From IMG/VR virus record IMGVR_UViG_3300010167_000004, positions 1-64,000 of that record: a DNA stretch of 64,000 nt; one strand, given 5' to 3'. This stretch comes from a virus. Position 1 is the stretch's first letter. Each line of letters starts with the position of its first letter. Below, in pieces: positions 1-9,800 of the stretch. The translations under genes and the position numbers were made by a program. The notes beneath the pieces were generated by a model. It saw nothing but the letters and a program-made list of their open reading frames with translations. It was not told the origin of the DNA and searched no databases.

Positions 1-525
1 AGATACAGCACCCGGAGGTGGAGGAGGCATATCTCCCGGAGGAGGTGCGCCACCAGCATCCATCGGAGGTGGAGGAGGCATATCTCCCGGAGGAGGTGCG
101 CCACCAGCATCCATCGGAGGTGGAGGAGGCATATCTCCCGGAGGAGGTGCGCCACCAGCATCCATCGGAGGTGGTTCAACAGGTGGAACATCTGTTGGAG
201 GTTCTATCCCTGCTTCCGAAGGTGGAGTATCACCGCCAACGGCTTCGTCAACTGCCTTCTCCACCTTATTAATTTTGCCTGAAATAGCATTGATCTCTGT
301 GCGCAACTCATCAAGTATCGCTGTAACTGCTGATTCAATAGCTGCGGACGTATCGATCCCTTGCGAATCAAGCTTTGCCAAGATAGCAGCACCTATACCT
401 TCATCATCGGAAAAGCCTTTACCGTGCTTACCGATGAAGTCAGATAGACGCTCCTTATCTTTGCGGCCCTTATTCTCGGATTCTAAGGCTCCAAGACGTT
501 CTGCCATTTTCGCTAATTCGTCCAT
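1..525 (-). CDS. partial CDS (3' end beyond left edge): late-module protein ending in 3 perfect 17-aa Pro-rich repeats (MDAGGAPPPGDMPPPPP)
   Basis: Hand translation of the minus strand from ATG at 525 (MDELAKMAERLGALESENKG...) stays open to position 1. It is absent from the ORF track because there is no stop in the window. GGAG lies upstream. Confidence 0.6.
   Translation of the reverse strand, partial: MDELAKMAERLGALESENKGRKDKERLSDFIGKHGKGFSDDEGIGAAILAKLDSQGIDTSAAIESAVTAILDELRTEINAISGKINKVEKAVDEAVGGDTPPSEAGIEPPTDVPPVEPPPMDAGGAPPPGDMPPPPPMDAGGAPPPGDMPPPPPMDAGGAPPPGDMPPPPPGAVS
14..166. repeat. 3 perfect tandem copies of a 51-bp unit plus a partial 4th, inside the partial CDS
   Basis: GGAGGTGGAGGAGGCATATCTCCCGGAGGAGGTGCGCCACCAGCATCCATC starts at 14, 65 and 116. 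A partial copy starts at 167. Confidence 0.95.
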
Positions 526-540
526 ATCCACTCCATCTCT

Positions 541-569
541 ACAATATCATAATGATCCCCACGGATCAA
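541..569 (-). promoter_or_regulatory. sigma70/sigmaA-like internal late promoter, TTGATC-17-TGaTATTGT (minus strand)
   Basis: -35 TTGATC at 564-569 and extended -10 TGATATTGT at 541-549. It shares a ~40-nt conserved block with 6516-6544. Confidence 0.5.
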
Positions 570-577
570 TGTCTAAT

Positions 578-1717
578 TTATAAGAAATCAGCCCATGTTG
601 GCCCAGTAACATTATTCATTTTAGACCACGCTGATTGATCTTTCTTTAAGAATTTACTAATCTCATGTGTAGATGACACTAACGATTCCTCAACTGCCAT
701 GATTGTAGCATTATTCAAACTCGCAAATCGTTTTGCAATGTTCGCACGAAGATAATTTACAACTACATTCGATGGATATGTAACTAATGAATCAGGAGTC
801 CATCCCAATTCTTTAGCAACGCCGTCATCGTGATCCAACACCACGACACCCATACCTGTATAATCATTATACTTCGCACTAAGAAACTCTAAATTAGAAT
901 CACGGCCCATATAATCAAATGGGTTATATCTCTTACGAGTAAATGCCCCTAGCAAATCTTCAATGATGTATGACTCAAAATCTCCAGTAGGCGTATCACC
1001 ATTAAGGACATGCTCATAAGAAATAAATAAATAAGGATGATCTAATATAAAAGATCGTATCTCGTAACCCTCTCGTTTAATAGAATTAGTGAGGTTTACT
1101 TCCTCGGTAGATCCCCGTGTTCTGAATATATACTCATTCAACTCTGCGGCGGGGGTTTCCCCCTCTTGTACTAATTCAAACATTCCATATCTAAATATAT
1201 CATCCTGTTTCGCTGGTACTGTACTGAATATCTTATAGTCACGATTATTCTTCGTGAATGTAAGGAAGGGAGGCTCTGGTACATACTCAAGCCACACCCG
1301 CCGTGTCGGAGCATCCCAACAAAATAAATCATTACCTGATATACGGTATGTCCACGGAGAATTCATATCATTATACCCGGCTTCTTTGTATACTTTACGT
1401 GGGCTGGACAAATCCCTAGAGGCAAATACTAATATAGATTGTTTTAGCATGCTCGGTAATCGTGTCAATCGCTGATCGATTGGCATTACCACGGAATAAA
1501 ATCCTGAATCTACTTGTGATATACGCTCATAACAATATGCCCATAATTCCGTAAGCGTATTCATTATATCACGGAATGAGAATGAGTTGATAGCTTTTGC
1601 TTGCGCCAATTCCATAGCATCATAAATAATGTCTGACGCATAACATTTAAGCTGCACCTTCTGTTTCTCCCTCCCCGCCTTCTTCTGCCGGGGCTGATTG
1701 TGTAAGTGCCAATGCAC
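578..1717 (-). CDS. virion-module protein of unknown function (up to 379 aa; start probably the ATG at 1615)
   Basis: Long ORF in the late operon. The upstream 64-aa ORF ends at 1647, so the first non-overlapping ATG is MELAQAK at 1615. No motif recognised. Confidence 0.75.
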   Translation of the reverse strand: MHWHLHNQPRQKKAGREKQKVQLKCYASDIIYDAMELAQAKAINSFSFRDIMNTLTELWAYCYERISQVDSGFYSVVMPIDQRLTRLPSMLKQSILVFASRDLSSPRKVYKEAGYNDMNSPWTYRISGNDLFCWDAPTRRVWLEYVPEPPFLTFTKNNRDYKIFSTVPAKQDDIFRYGMFELVQEGETPAAELNEYIFRTRGSTEEVNLTNSIKREGYEIRSFILDHPYLFISYEHVLNGDTPTGDFESYIIEDLLGAFTRKRYNPFDYMGRDSNLEFLSAKYNDYTGMGVVVLDHDDGVAKELGWTPDSLVTYPSNVVVNYLRANIAKRFASLNNATIMAVEESLVSSTHEISKFLKKDQSAWSKMNNVTGPTWADFL

Positions 1718-1841
1718 TTGTCACATGGCCTTGGAACCAATCGGTGAATGACTTCGTGATCTCATCACGTACATTCTTTGACTCACCTACTTGTTCCTGT
1801 ATCTTTGATAATACCATATCATTCATTTGTTGTCGTGTCAT
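1647..1841 (-). CDS. small protein with an acidic Gly/Glu C-terminal tail
   Basis: 64-aa ORF packed between neighbouring genes. It ends in APAEEGGEGETEGAA. Confidence 0.55.
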   Translation of the reverse strand: MTRQQMNDMVLSKIQEQVGESKNVRDEITKSFTDWFQGHVTSALALTQSAPAEEGGEGETEGAA

Positions 1842-1847
1842 TTTATG

Positions 1848-3281
1848 CTATCGCCTACCTAATGTTAATGGAGTATGCACGGCAAACCGTCTATGACTAT
1901 CCTGCACATTACGCACAGTATTTTGAATAGTCTGATACGTACCGCCAGTTCTACCCACAAAATCGCTCATAAATTGATTTACTCCTGTTAGAAATGGAGC
2001 CTCCAGATTAACCCCTAAAACACTCGCAGTTGTTGCAATAGTAAGTCTATCCCCATTACTCGCTGCCGCTGCCGCTAGCATCAATACAATACGTTCTTGA
2101 TCAATATCTAATGCCACAGAAGCTTCTGCTAAAGCTCTTTGATAAACCGAACCTGAATTAATTTCTTTCAACATGTTCTCAACATCAACCGTACCCATAT
2201 TAAATGCAAGACGAAGCTCTTCATTGCTTACTTCTCGAAGCTTTTGAAGATCATTAGTAGCTAATGCACCATTCTGTACTACAGTATTAAGTATCTCATC
2301 TGCTTTGACTATACGATCAAGCTGCTGATAACCTTCTTTCTTACCTTGTAAAGCTAACTGTTGTGCTTGCTCCATCTTATCATGCATCTCGATATTCGGT
2401 GTCATCTGGTATATTTCTGCTGCACGACCTACCATACCCATACCGGGAATAAAATTCATAGTAGAAGCATGTTGATCTCTTTGCGCTTGTAGACGTTCTG
2501 CCATACGCTGAAAATATTCGGTACGTTGCGCAGCATCAGTCTTAGGTACAGACGCTTGATCTAATCCAGATTGATCAAGACTTGCTGATCTACCAGCGGC
2601 TCCCGTTTGTCTATATGTTATATCTCGTGAAGTAAGACCTGCATCTGAAACATCATCCCATACTCTCGCTCGGTATCCATCACCTGTTTGTTGTGGAGGT
2701 GATTGATTATTATTATTATTATTATTATTATTATTGTCATTCGTACTATTCGTATCGCTAGTATTATTAGTATTATCTCCTCTATGATAAGAAAGATCAG
2801 TAGGATCTCTTATATAAATATCAGCAATAGAAGAATTAGGAATTCCCTTTTCCCCACGAGCTTTCCTGACTCCTAATACCCCCCAAATATCTTTAGCCTC
2901 TTTAGTAAGACTAGCATACTCTTGACGAAATACTTTTAACCGATCTATTTGCTCTTGAGATAACACACTTTCAGATCCATAATCTGAAATCATATCATTT
3001 ATAGGCTTAATATCGGCTATCTTTTTATCAATCTGCTGTAAAATAAACTGATACCGTTTTACTAAATCCTCTGTCTTTTGATTTTCAGGCTTCTTTGCAT
3101 TAGCTTCAGCTACTGCCTGATTAGCCGATGACACAAAGGAATCTCTTGAAGATTGCTTTATCTGATCTATCTTTCTATCAAGTTCAGTAATTCTAGCACT
3201 ATGCTTCATCATACCTTCTGCGACTAATTTTTTACGTTCATCCTCTAATTTTTTTAGATCATTATTAAACAAATCACTCAT
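1848..3281 (-). CDS. coiled-coil virion protein with an Asn10 tract
   Basis: 477-aa ORF with SD AAGGAGG upstream. The N-terminus is K/E-rich and helical, followed by TNDN(10)QSPP. Confidence 0.8.
   Translation of the reverse strand: MSDLFNNDLKKLEDERKKLVAEGMMKHSARITELDRKIDQIKQSSRDSFVSSANQAVAEANAKKPENQKTEDLVKRYQFILQQIDKKIADIKPINDMISDYGSESVLSQEQIDRLKVFRQEYASLTKEAKDIWGVLGVRKARGEKGIPNSSIADIYIRDPTDLSYHRGDNTNNTSDTNSTNDNNNNNNNNNNQSPPQQTGDGYRARVWDDVSDAGLTSRDITYRQTGAAGRSASLDQSGLDQASVPKTDAAQRTEYFQRMAERLQAQRDQHASTMNFIPGMGMVGRAAEIYQMTPNIEMHDKMEQAQQLALQGKKEGYQQLDRIVKADEILNTVVQNGALATNDLQKLREVSNEELRLAFNMGTVDVENMLKEINSGSVYQRALAEASVALDIDQERIVLMLAAAAASNGDRLTIATTASVLGVNLEAPFLTGVNQFMSDFVGRTGGTYQTIQNTVRNVQDSHRRFAVHTPLTLGRR
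2706..2735. repeat. (ATT)10 perfect trinucleotide microsatellite, read as (AAT)10 = Asn10 on the coding strand
   Basis: Read directly: gattg + 10 x att + gtc. Confidence 0.95.
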
Positions 3282-4936
3282 ACAACAGCCTCCTTTATAG
3301 AGGCAACTTCTTGTGCCAATTTTTGTATAGCAGTATTTGATTCATCCGCTAATGCACTTACAGCACCAGCTGTCATAAGCGCAAGACGACCCGTATCTAC
3401 AGTCTTAACACCCTCTGGAGTTTCAATAATACATGCTGGATTTACTTCTTCAATATCCTGTGCCATCGGGCCGATGTGAGTTTCATTAGGATCGATGTTT
3501 GGATCTACTGCCTGTGCCTCCGGCTTATAATTATACACATAATTTCGTATATGTTTCATGTAACCATTCAACACATCATCTTTCCAAATAGATGAATGTT
3601 GAATATCGTATTTATAGGGATCGCCTCTATCGACAAGTGCATGCAAAAACTCTAATTCATGCGCACGATACGGAGGCCCTTCCGCTAAAATACCTCTTGC
3701 AACATCGTATGGATCACACCCCTCTAATTCTTTATAATCTTCATCAGACAATGTACCTGACCGTAACATTTTAGCAGCATCCCTACCATGATATACGTAC
3801 TTGATGTTCTTATCAGAACCTATCCGTCTAGGTGTATAAGATGATCTAGGATTAATCGTTTTCCAAACTTGATCTACTTCAAATCTATACTGCGTATCTA
3901 TATCCGACAATTTATTTCGCCTCGATACATCATCCAATGTCGCATCATTTTTAACTCCCTCTATCTCTAAATTACGTTTAGCATCAAGTTGAGCCATATA
4001 ATCTCTAAGGATTCTACCTTTAGCGGCAGTCTGCATTTCTGGTGCAAGACTAGATATTTGACCTAATCCTTGTTGTATTTCCCGTAATCCAAACTGTGAC
4101 TGATTACCGACACCACCCATACCTAATATACTAGACAAAACACCGGGTACTGTTCCTAATGCCCATCCGCCTATATCAGCCCATCTATTCTTACGTGTGA
4201 CTTCACTAAGTGGAGGTTCGTCATCTTCTTCATCATCCACAATAACACTAACACCACCCGATGATCCACCCGATGATCCACCCGATGATCCACCCGATGA
4301 TCCATTATTATCATCGTCAATAATAGTAAATCCTTTTTCCAATATAGACCGATTATCAGTTGGCTTACCTTCAAGCCCTATTTTACCTTTAGGCGCATCC
4401 TCAATTTTCTCAATCTGTTCTACAGTCTGTTCAGCTTCTTCCTTTTTAGTTTCAAGATCTTTCGGTAATTTACCAGCCTTAGCTAACCACATATTAACTA
4501 TAATAGCTAATTCATCATCTTTAATCGTCTTAATATCACCAAACCCATCACCTTTCTTATCTACAAATTCATTATACCACTTCTCGAACGATGAATAGTC
4601 CTGATCTTTACCCTTAGACTTCAAGATCATCTTTACTCTTGAGTCAGAATCCTTGTCAGGATCAACATTAAGATCAGGTGTCGCTGGCATATCAGAAGCC
4701 GCAATAGTCTCCTCACGCATTTTATCTATAGCATTAAACGCTTTATTACGCTCCTTATCTTCTGACCCCATTAATTTCGCCAGTTGTATAGCATCGTCCA
4801 TACCCGCACTCATACTAGGATTCTTATTATTAGGCCCAGCCCCACCTATATTAGCAAGTTTAGTAGCAGCAGATCCTACACGTCCAGCAATGTCCATACC
4901 TGTTTTTACTGCAAGTAAAGCTGCTAATAAACTCAT
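3278..4936 (-). CDS. virion or fibre-like protein with a (GGSS)4 linker and a C-terminal intramolecular-chaperone (peptidase S74-like) domain
   Basis: 552-aa ORF with SD GAGGAG. It has GSDKNIKYV followed by HIGPMAQDIEEVNPACIIETPEGVKTVDTGRLALMTAGAVSAL, which resembles the S74 autocleaving chaperone of tail spikes and fibres. Confidence 0.7.
   Translation of the reverse strand: MSLLAALLAVKTGMDIAGRVGSAATKLANIGGAGPNNKNPSMSAGMDDAIQLAKLMGSEDKERNKAFNAIDKMREETIAASDMPATPDLNVDPDKDSDSRVKMILKSKGKDQDYSSFEKWYNEFVDKKGDGFGDIKTIKDDELAIIVNMWLAKAGKLPKDLETKKEEAEQTVEQIEKIEDAPKGKIGLEGKPTDNRSILEKGFTIIDDDNNGSSGGSSGGSSGGSSGGVSVIVDDEEDDEPPLSEVTRKNRWADIGGWALGTVPGVLSSILGMGGVGNQSQFGLREIQQGLGQISSLAPEMQTAAKGRILRDYMAQLDAKRNLEIEGVKNDATLDDVSRRNKLSDIDTQYRFEVDQVWKTINPRSSYTPRRIGSDKNIKYVYHGRDAAKMLRSGTLSDEDYKELEGCDPYDVARGILAEGPPYRAHELEFLHALVDRGDPYKYDIQHSSIWKDDVLNGYMKHIRNYVYNYKPEAQAVDPNIDPNETHIGPMAQDIEEVNPACIIETPEGVKTVDTGRLALMTAGAVSALADESNTAIQKLAQEVASIKEAVV
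4254..4301. repeat. 4 perfect tandem copies of a 12-bp unit (CCACCCGATGAT) encoding (GGSS)n
   Basis: Units at 4254, 4266, 4278 and 4290, read directly. Confidence 0.95.
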
Positions 4937-6498
4937 GCAAATCTCCTCATCATACTTCTTTGCGCTAATTGAATTTGCTTCATATCAAAATCACTAAGCA
5001 CCGGAATAATGTTAGTCTTAATTCGTCTATCAGATGGAGTATCTACTATTTCAACAGGTAACGTCTTAACATTATTAGCTTTAACCGCCTTAAAATAATC
5101 AACAGCACGTCCTGAATAATCCCACTTAATAGACTTACCTTGTTGCTTTGCAATTTTCCCTTGACTCGTTACAGCTTCAGCTTGTTGTTGAATGACAGAT
5201 AACTGCTCTGACGTAAACCCTAAACGGGCAAGATCACGCTGTGCATCAAACGTACCAGCGACCCATTTTGTTTGTGCATTAGTTAATGCTGTACTGCCAT
5301 CTTGAGAATTAATATCGATAGGAGTACCTGTTTGAGAAGGATCGGGCCTTGTTCCACCTTCACTTTGAGTACCTTCTGCCGCCGCTTTAGCTGCTGCATC
5401 TGCGGACTCATCACCCGGTTTTCGCTCTGTATCACCATTCTGACCTGTAGTACCCGGATTTGCACCATAACGGCTACGCTGATCATCAGTCATCGCACGC
5501 CATGTTTCAAAAGATATTTTACCACGGGCATCTATATTCTGCACTCTCCATTGTTCATACGCTCGTTTATCAGATGTCTCTTTTTCAGAGGCTTGCCCCG
5601 CCTTATTCATTAACTCATCTTGTTCTCTATTACGTTTAAGCATCTGCTGATAATCATGCTGCGCTGCTACACGTTCTTTCTCCTCGGCTCTCGCTCCAGC
5701 CTCGGTCTGACGTGCAGTAAGCCCACGCTCATAGGCTTTCTGTTCCTCACCAAGTTTATACTGCTGTGCCATCTGTGCTGCTTGTCCAGCAAATCCAGCA
5801 CGTGCTTGTTCTGCCTGTTGCGCACCAGCCAACGCTGCCGCACCAGCACCAGCCGCACCACCTAACTGCGCCCTCGCTTGCTCCCCAGCTCCTCTCGCTG
5901 TCGCTTCGGTAAGCATTGCCGCACGTACAGCTTCTGGCTGTGCCGCCCGTGCTGCTGCCGCAGACTCATACTCACGCTCTCGTGCTGCTTGTTCTTCCAA
6001 CGCACCTATACTACGTGTAAATGCTTCGTTAGTAGGCGCATTACCAGCACCGCCCGCACCACCACGTAAAATATCACCCGCTATTGATTGACCAATACCT
6101 CTCCAATCTTGTGGAACCATGAATGGTTGACCTTTATCTGTTTGCGTAGGAAGGGATTGAGAATTATTTTGAGCAGCGATTTGATCTTGTGTGGCTTTTA
6201 ACTGTGCTTGTGCATTATCTCGATCCGCTTGAGAAACTACTTGATTATTATTACGATTATCTGTTTGCGTATATGCTAATTGAGATTGTCTTTCTCTATT
6301 CGCAGCACTTAATTGTTCAGAAGTTAAAGCATCAACATCTGCCTTATTTGCACCATATCCACCCTGTATACCTTCTTGATTACTCACAGGACGTGAGAGA
6401 ATATCTTTAACATAAGCCTCCCAATCAGGTGTGTCAGGAGTAAAGAATTGATTCGCATACTGAATTGCATTAATTAATAGTTGATTATCAATCGCCAT
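4933..6498 (-). CDS. Ala/Gln-rich low-complexity virion protein; the C-terminus carries an SDRRIKTNI motif
   Basis: 521-aa ORF with SD GGAGA and its own promoter-like motif. It has long AQ/AG-rich segments and the last 35 aa begin like an S74 chaperone domain. Confidence 0.75.
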   Translation of the reverse strand: MAIDNQLLINAIQYANQFFTPDTPDWEAYVKDILSRPVSNQEGIQGGYGANKADVDALTSEQLSAANRERQSQLAYTQTDNRNNNQVVSQADRDNAQAQLKATQDQIAAQNNSQSLPTQTDKGQPFMVPQDWRGIGQSIAGDILRGGAGGAGNAPTNEAFTRSIGALEEQAAREREYESAAAARAAQPEAVRAAMLTEATARGAGEQARAQLGGAAGAGAAALAGAQQAEQARAGFAGQAAQMAQQYKLGEEQKAYERGLTARQTEAGARAEEKERVAAQHDYQQMLKRNREQDELMNKAGQASEKETSDKRAYEQWRVQNIDARGKISFETWRAMTDDQRSRYGANPGTTGQNGDTERKPGDESADAAAKAAAEGTQSEGGTRPDPSQTGTPIDINSQDGSTALTNAQTKWVAGTFDAQRDLARLGFTSEQLSVIQQQAEAVTSQGKIAKQQGKSIKWDYSGRAVDYFKAVKANNVKTLPVEIVDTPSDRRIKTNIIPVLSDFDMKQIQLAQRSMMRRFA

Positions 6499-6515
6499 TA
6501 CACGTCTCCAATTCT

Positions 6516-6544
6516 ACAATATCATAAAATCATGCCACGATCAA
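6516..6544 (-). promoter_or_regulatory. sigma70/sigmaA-like internal late promoter, TTGATC-17-TGaTATTGT (minus strand)
   Basis: -35 at 6539-6544 and extended -10 at 6516-6524. The block TTATGATATTGTAGA..TGGAG is shared with 541-569. Confidence 0.5.
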
Positions 6545-6552
6545 CCACTGAT

Positions 6553-6825
6553 CTATGGTAAAATAAACGGAGGATACGGGACAAGACTTTTTGCATGAGC
6601 ATTAAGATTCTCACCCTCTAAATCCCGCCGCCGTCTCCTAACTGGCTGTGATATATCCCTTGTACGTTTCTTAAAAGGATACCTCTCAAATTCATCATCA
6701 AGTATTATTACCTGTTGTTGATCCTGTAAAGGAATATCACTCATCAGCCATTCCTCAATACGTGCTATATTTACATTTATGATATTCACCATTTCAGGAT
6801 CAATATCATTCGCCTCAAACCTCAT
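6553..6825 (-). CDS. small hypothetical protein
   Basis: 90-aa ORF with SD GAGGAA. Its start overlaps the giant ORF stop (TAATG). Confidence 0.65.
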   Translation of the reverse strand: MRFEANDIDPEMVNIINVNIARIEEWLMSDIPLQDQQQVIILDDEFERYPFKKRTRDISQPVRRRRRDLEGENLNAHAKSLVPYPPFILP

Positions 6826-9800
6826 TACATTTCCTCAATGTTCTGCACATCAGGACGTGTTACCAACGGAGCTGTCCTCGCCTCACTAATTACAGACACA
6901 TGCACTTTGAGTTGTCGAATGGACACAATTCCGTCTGACCAAATAAACAACTTCTCACTATTTCCTGCACCGTTGCGACCATTGAATCGGAAGTTGTAAT
7001 ATCCGCTTGACCCACTACGCCTGTCAAATAAATCTTCTTTAAGATACAATCGTGTAACTTCACTTTGTTTGAATCCTCCGACTGTTTGCAATTCAGACGC
7101 AAGATTAACTGTAACATAACGATCCCTCAATATCTTCTTCATTAGATCAGTTAAAGCAAAACTAATCTCCCATTCAAATTGACATTCTTTATTTTCATCC
7201 ACACCTAAGAAGGATGTCGCTAACTTAAACGGCTCAATATAATAACCATTGATAGGATTAACCCTACTGTTACCCCAATCATAATCCCTCTCCTCCCAAA
7301 AATCATTTAACTTATTATTCTCTGGCTTGAACCAATGTGTGAAGAATTTACCTGTACGCTCATTCATAGGTATACCATCATTCGGCCCGTCTAATGGATG
7401 TTCACCCTCACGGAACATATTCTCTTGCAATACAAAGCGATTGATTTGTCCACGTCTCGGCCCTTGTAGTGCAAGCCCTGACGCTAAACCATAGTATTTG
7501 AAATCCGCAGAAATCTTATCATTGTTAGAATTAATATATGGAAGTGACATTACATTCTTATTCGGAGGATATACCTGTCCAATGAAATCTTGATCAACAC
7601 GTATTATAGTAAGTCTATTTTCCATTATCGTTCTAAACGCCACTTCCTGTGACACAAAGTCCCATGTACCTGACACTACATCTTTGAATCTAAAGGCCGT
7701 ATTCACTTTCTCTAATGTATCTGATCCAGTAAATGTATAGAACGCATGAATAGTCGGAGAATAGAACCATGCAATCTTCGGAGTAGAGCCAAGATATGTC
7801 AAGCCTAATGTAGCCACAACATCTTGTAACGATATGGTTCCCATCGAAGCATTTACCCGTGAAATATATTCTGCATTAGCTCTATACGCCTGACCGTAAA
7901 TCACAAAGTCATGCGCTATCGGCTTTTTAGCACGTGGGTTTGTTGTACGCAAATCTGTTGTTAATGATGTAATACCATCAATAACATGCGCTTTATACGT
8001 AGCAATTCCCTGAACAGCGGCCGGGAGTATTGCCACATTATTATGTACTATCGGAATAGAGTATCTATAACCTTGCAAGTTTTCAGGAGATCGCCCCATA
8101 TTACCAAGATACCGTGAATATATCTGTACCTTATGTAAATATGTATCTAATTCAGGAACCGCCGTAAACTTCCCAAAGTATGATGTGGGAGGAGGAAGGG
8201 CTGCCGTCTTAAAGGCGTCCTGTGCAACATGACTAAATACAGAGTTTTGGACTTCTGCGTCTACACCAACCTCACCAGTTAATTTAGCAATCCTATTTGT
8301 GTAACCATCAAACCCATGATACGTCCCTAACTTTTTGATCGTGTTATACCCTGTAGTATTAAACAATACTGTATCACCAGAGAATACTCTTGGGAATAAT
8401 GTATCATTACTGATCTCATTCGTAACTTCCACACACGTGTATGTTGAGGCAACTAACGGTACTTCATTTTTAATTACCACATTACTCGGCGCACCATCCA
8501 ATATCAATGTATCCCGAACACTCACACCAAATATCTCACCAGCAATGGCAGAATAAAATAATTGCGCCGATGGATATACACAAAAGTCAAATAACCCCGG
8601 CTCACTGAATACTGGATAACCCGTATCTATTTTGACAGGTAAATCCAGTAACGAATCTTCGGCAAAGAAGCTATCTACACCTTGTACTAGGCTGCAATTA
8701 TCATAAAACTCTGTACGTTTTGTCTGTGTCGCAAACTTTAATATACGCTTCTCATAATTTCGTGTAATTGGAAAACCTTCATCCTTATACAATTCAACCA
8801 TCTCTGGTTGTGTGACAGGCATTAATTCAGTTTGATTAATTATATGTGAATGAATATCCTGTGTCGGATATGAATACACCATATGCTTAGAACCAACATT
8901 AACATTCGGCTGATACTCCATTTTAACATCAAATGTATTTACACCCTGCACGGGCTGTACTCCAACTAGACCAGTATTATTTATGTCAAGCGGCCCGACA
9001 AATGGAATTGGTATCGGCGGTATGCGGATTCCTAATTGAGAACCACCACCCTGCGCACCATGTGAATTACTATAACTACCAGATATACGGCTGCCCTGCA
9101 CAAATTGAATCTGTGTAAATCCGGGGCCAGCGAACACATTTTGATTTGCAGAAATACTATATACACCTGACAAACCAAGCCGAGATTTAGCAACAGACAA
9201 CGCACGTGGCTGGCTATGCATACCAGAATTAGAAGCATTAAACATTGCCATAATACCTTCGGCAATTTTATCTCTATAATACTTTCTATTCATAGAGATA
9301 CGACCTAACTTTGCTGATTCTTTTTCCTCTTGTGAATCCCACTCTGGCTCTTGCCATACTTTCTTCCATGCATCTTTTCGTCTCTGCGATTTCTCCTCTT
9401 GCGTTTCTCCTTCTCGCACACCATTCCAACGATCTTTCCTATTACTACTACTGTCATTAACTATGCGATCCATAACATTACCTAATTTATCAGCAGCTAT
9501 ACTTGTCGCTGTAGCCGTATTCGCCATAAGAGCCAACGCCACACGATACAATGTATTATTAATCATACCAGCTACACGTTCTGCCTTCTGTTCATCCTCA
9601 TAATAATCTTCATCCTCGGTCATCATATTAACAGACCAATAATTCAATACTGCCGCACTCGTTGTCCTCGCCCACACCCAAGCAGTAGCAAGGAATACCA
9701 CAAGAGGATTCGGGAAAATGAATTCACCTTTAACTCTGGTGTCAATCCCTGATCCTTTTGCACTTTCACTCGCTTTATATCTGCTAAACCGTAACGGAAG

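Noticed and set aside
18-272. Plus-strand 84-aa ORF with repeats (MEEAYLPEEVRHQHPSEV x3)
   Set aside because: It is the antisense shadow of the 51-bp repeats. The minus-strand frame has an SD-led ATG at 525, fits the operon orientation and is open to the window edge.
578-1717. Calling the 379-aa protein the major capsid protein
   Set aside because: Its position and size are compatible, but I recognise no HK97-fold sequence signature. It is left unassigned.
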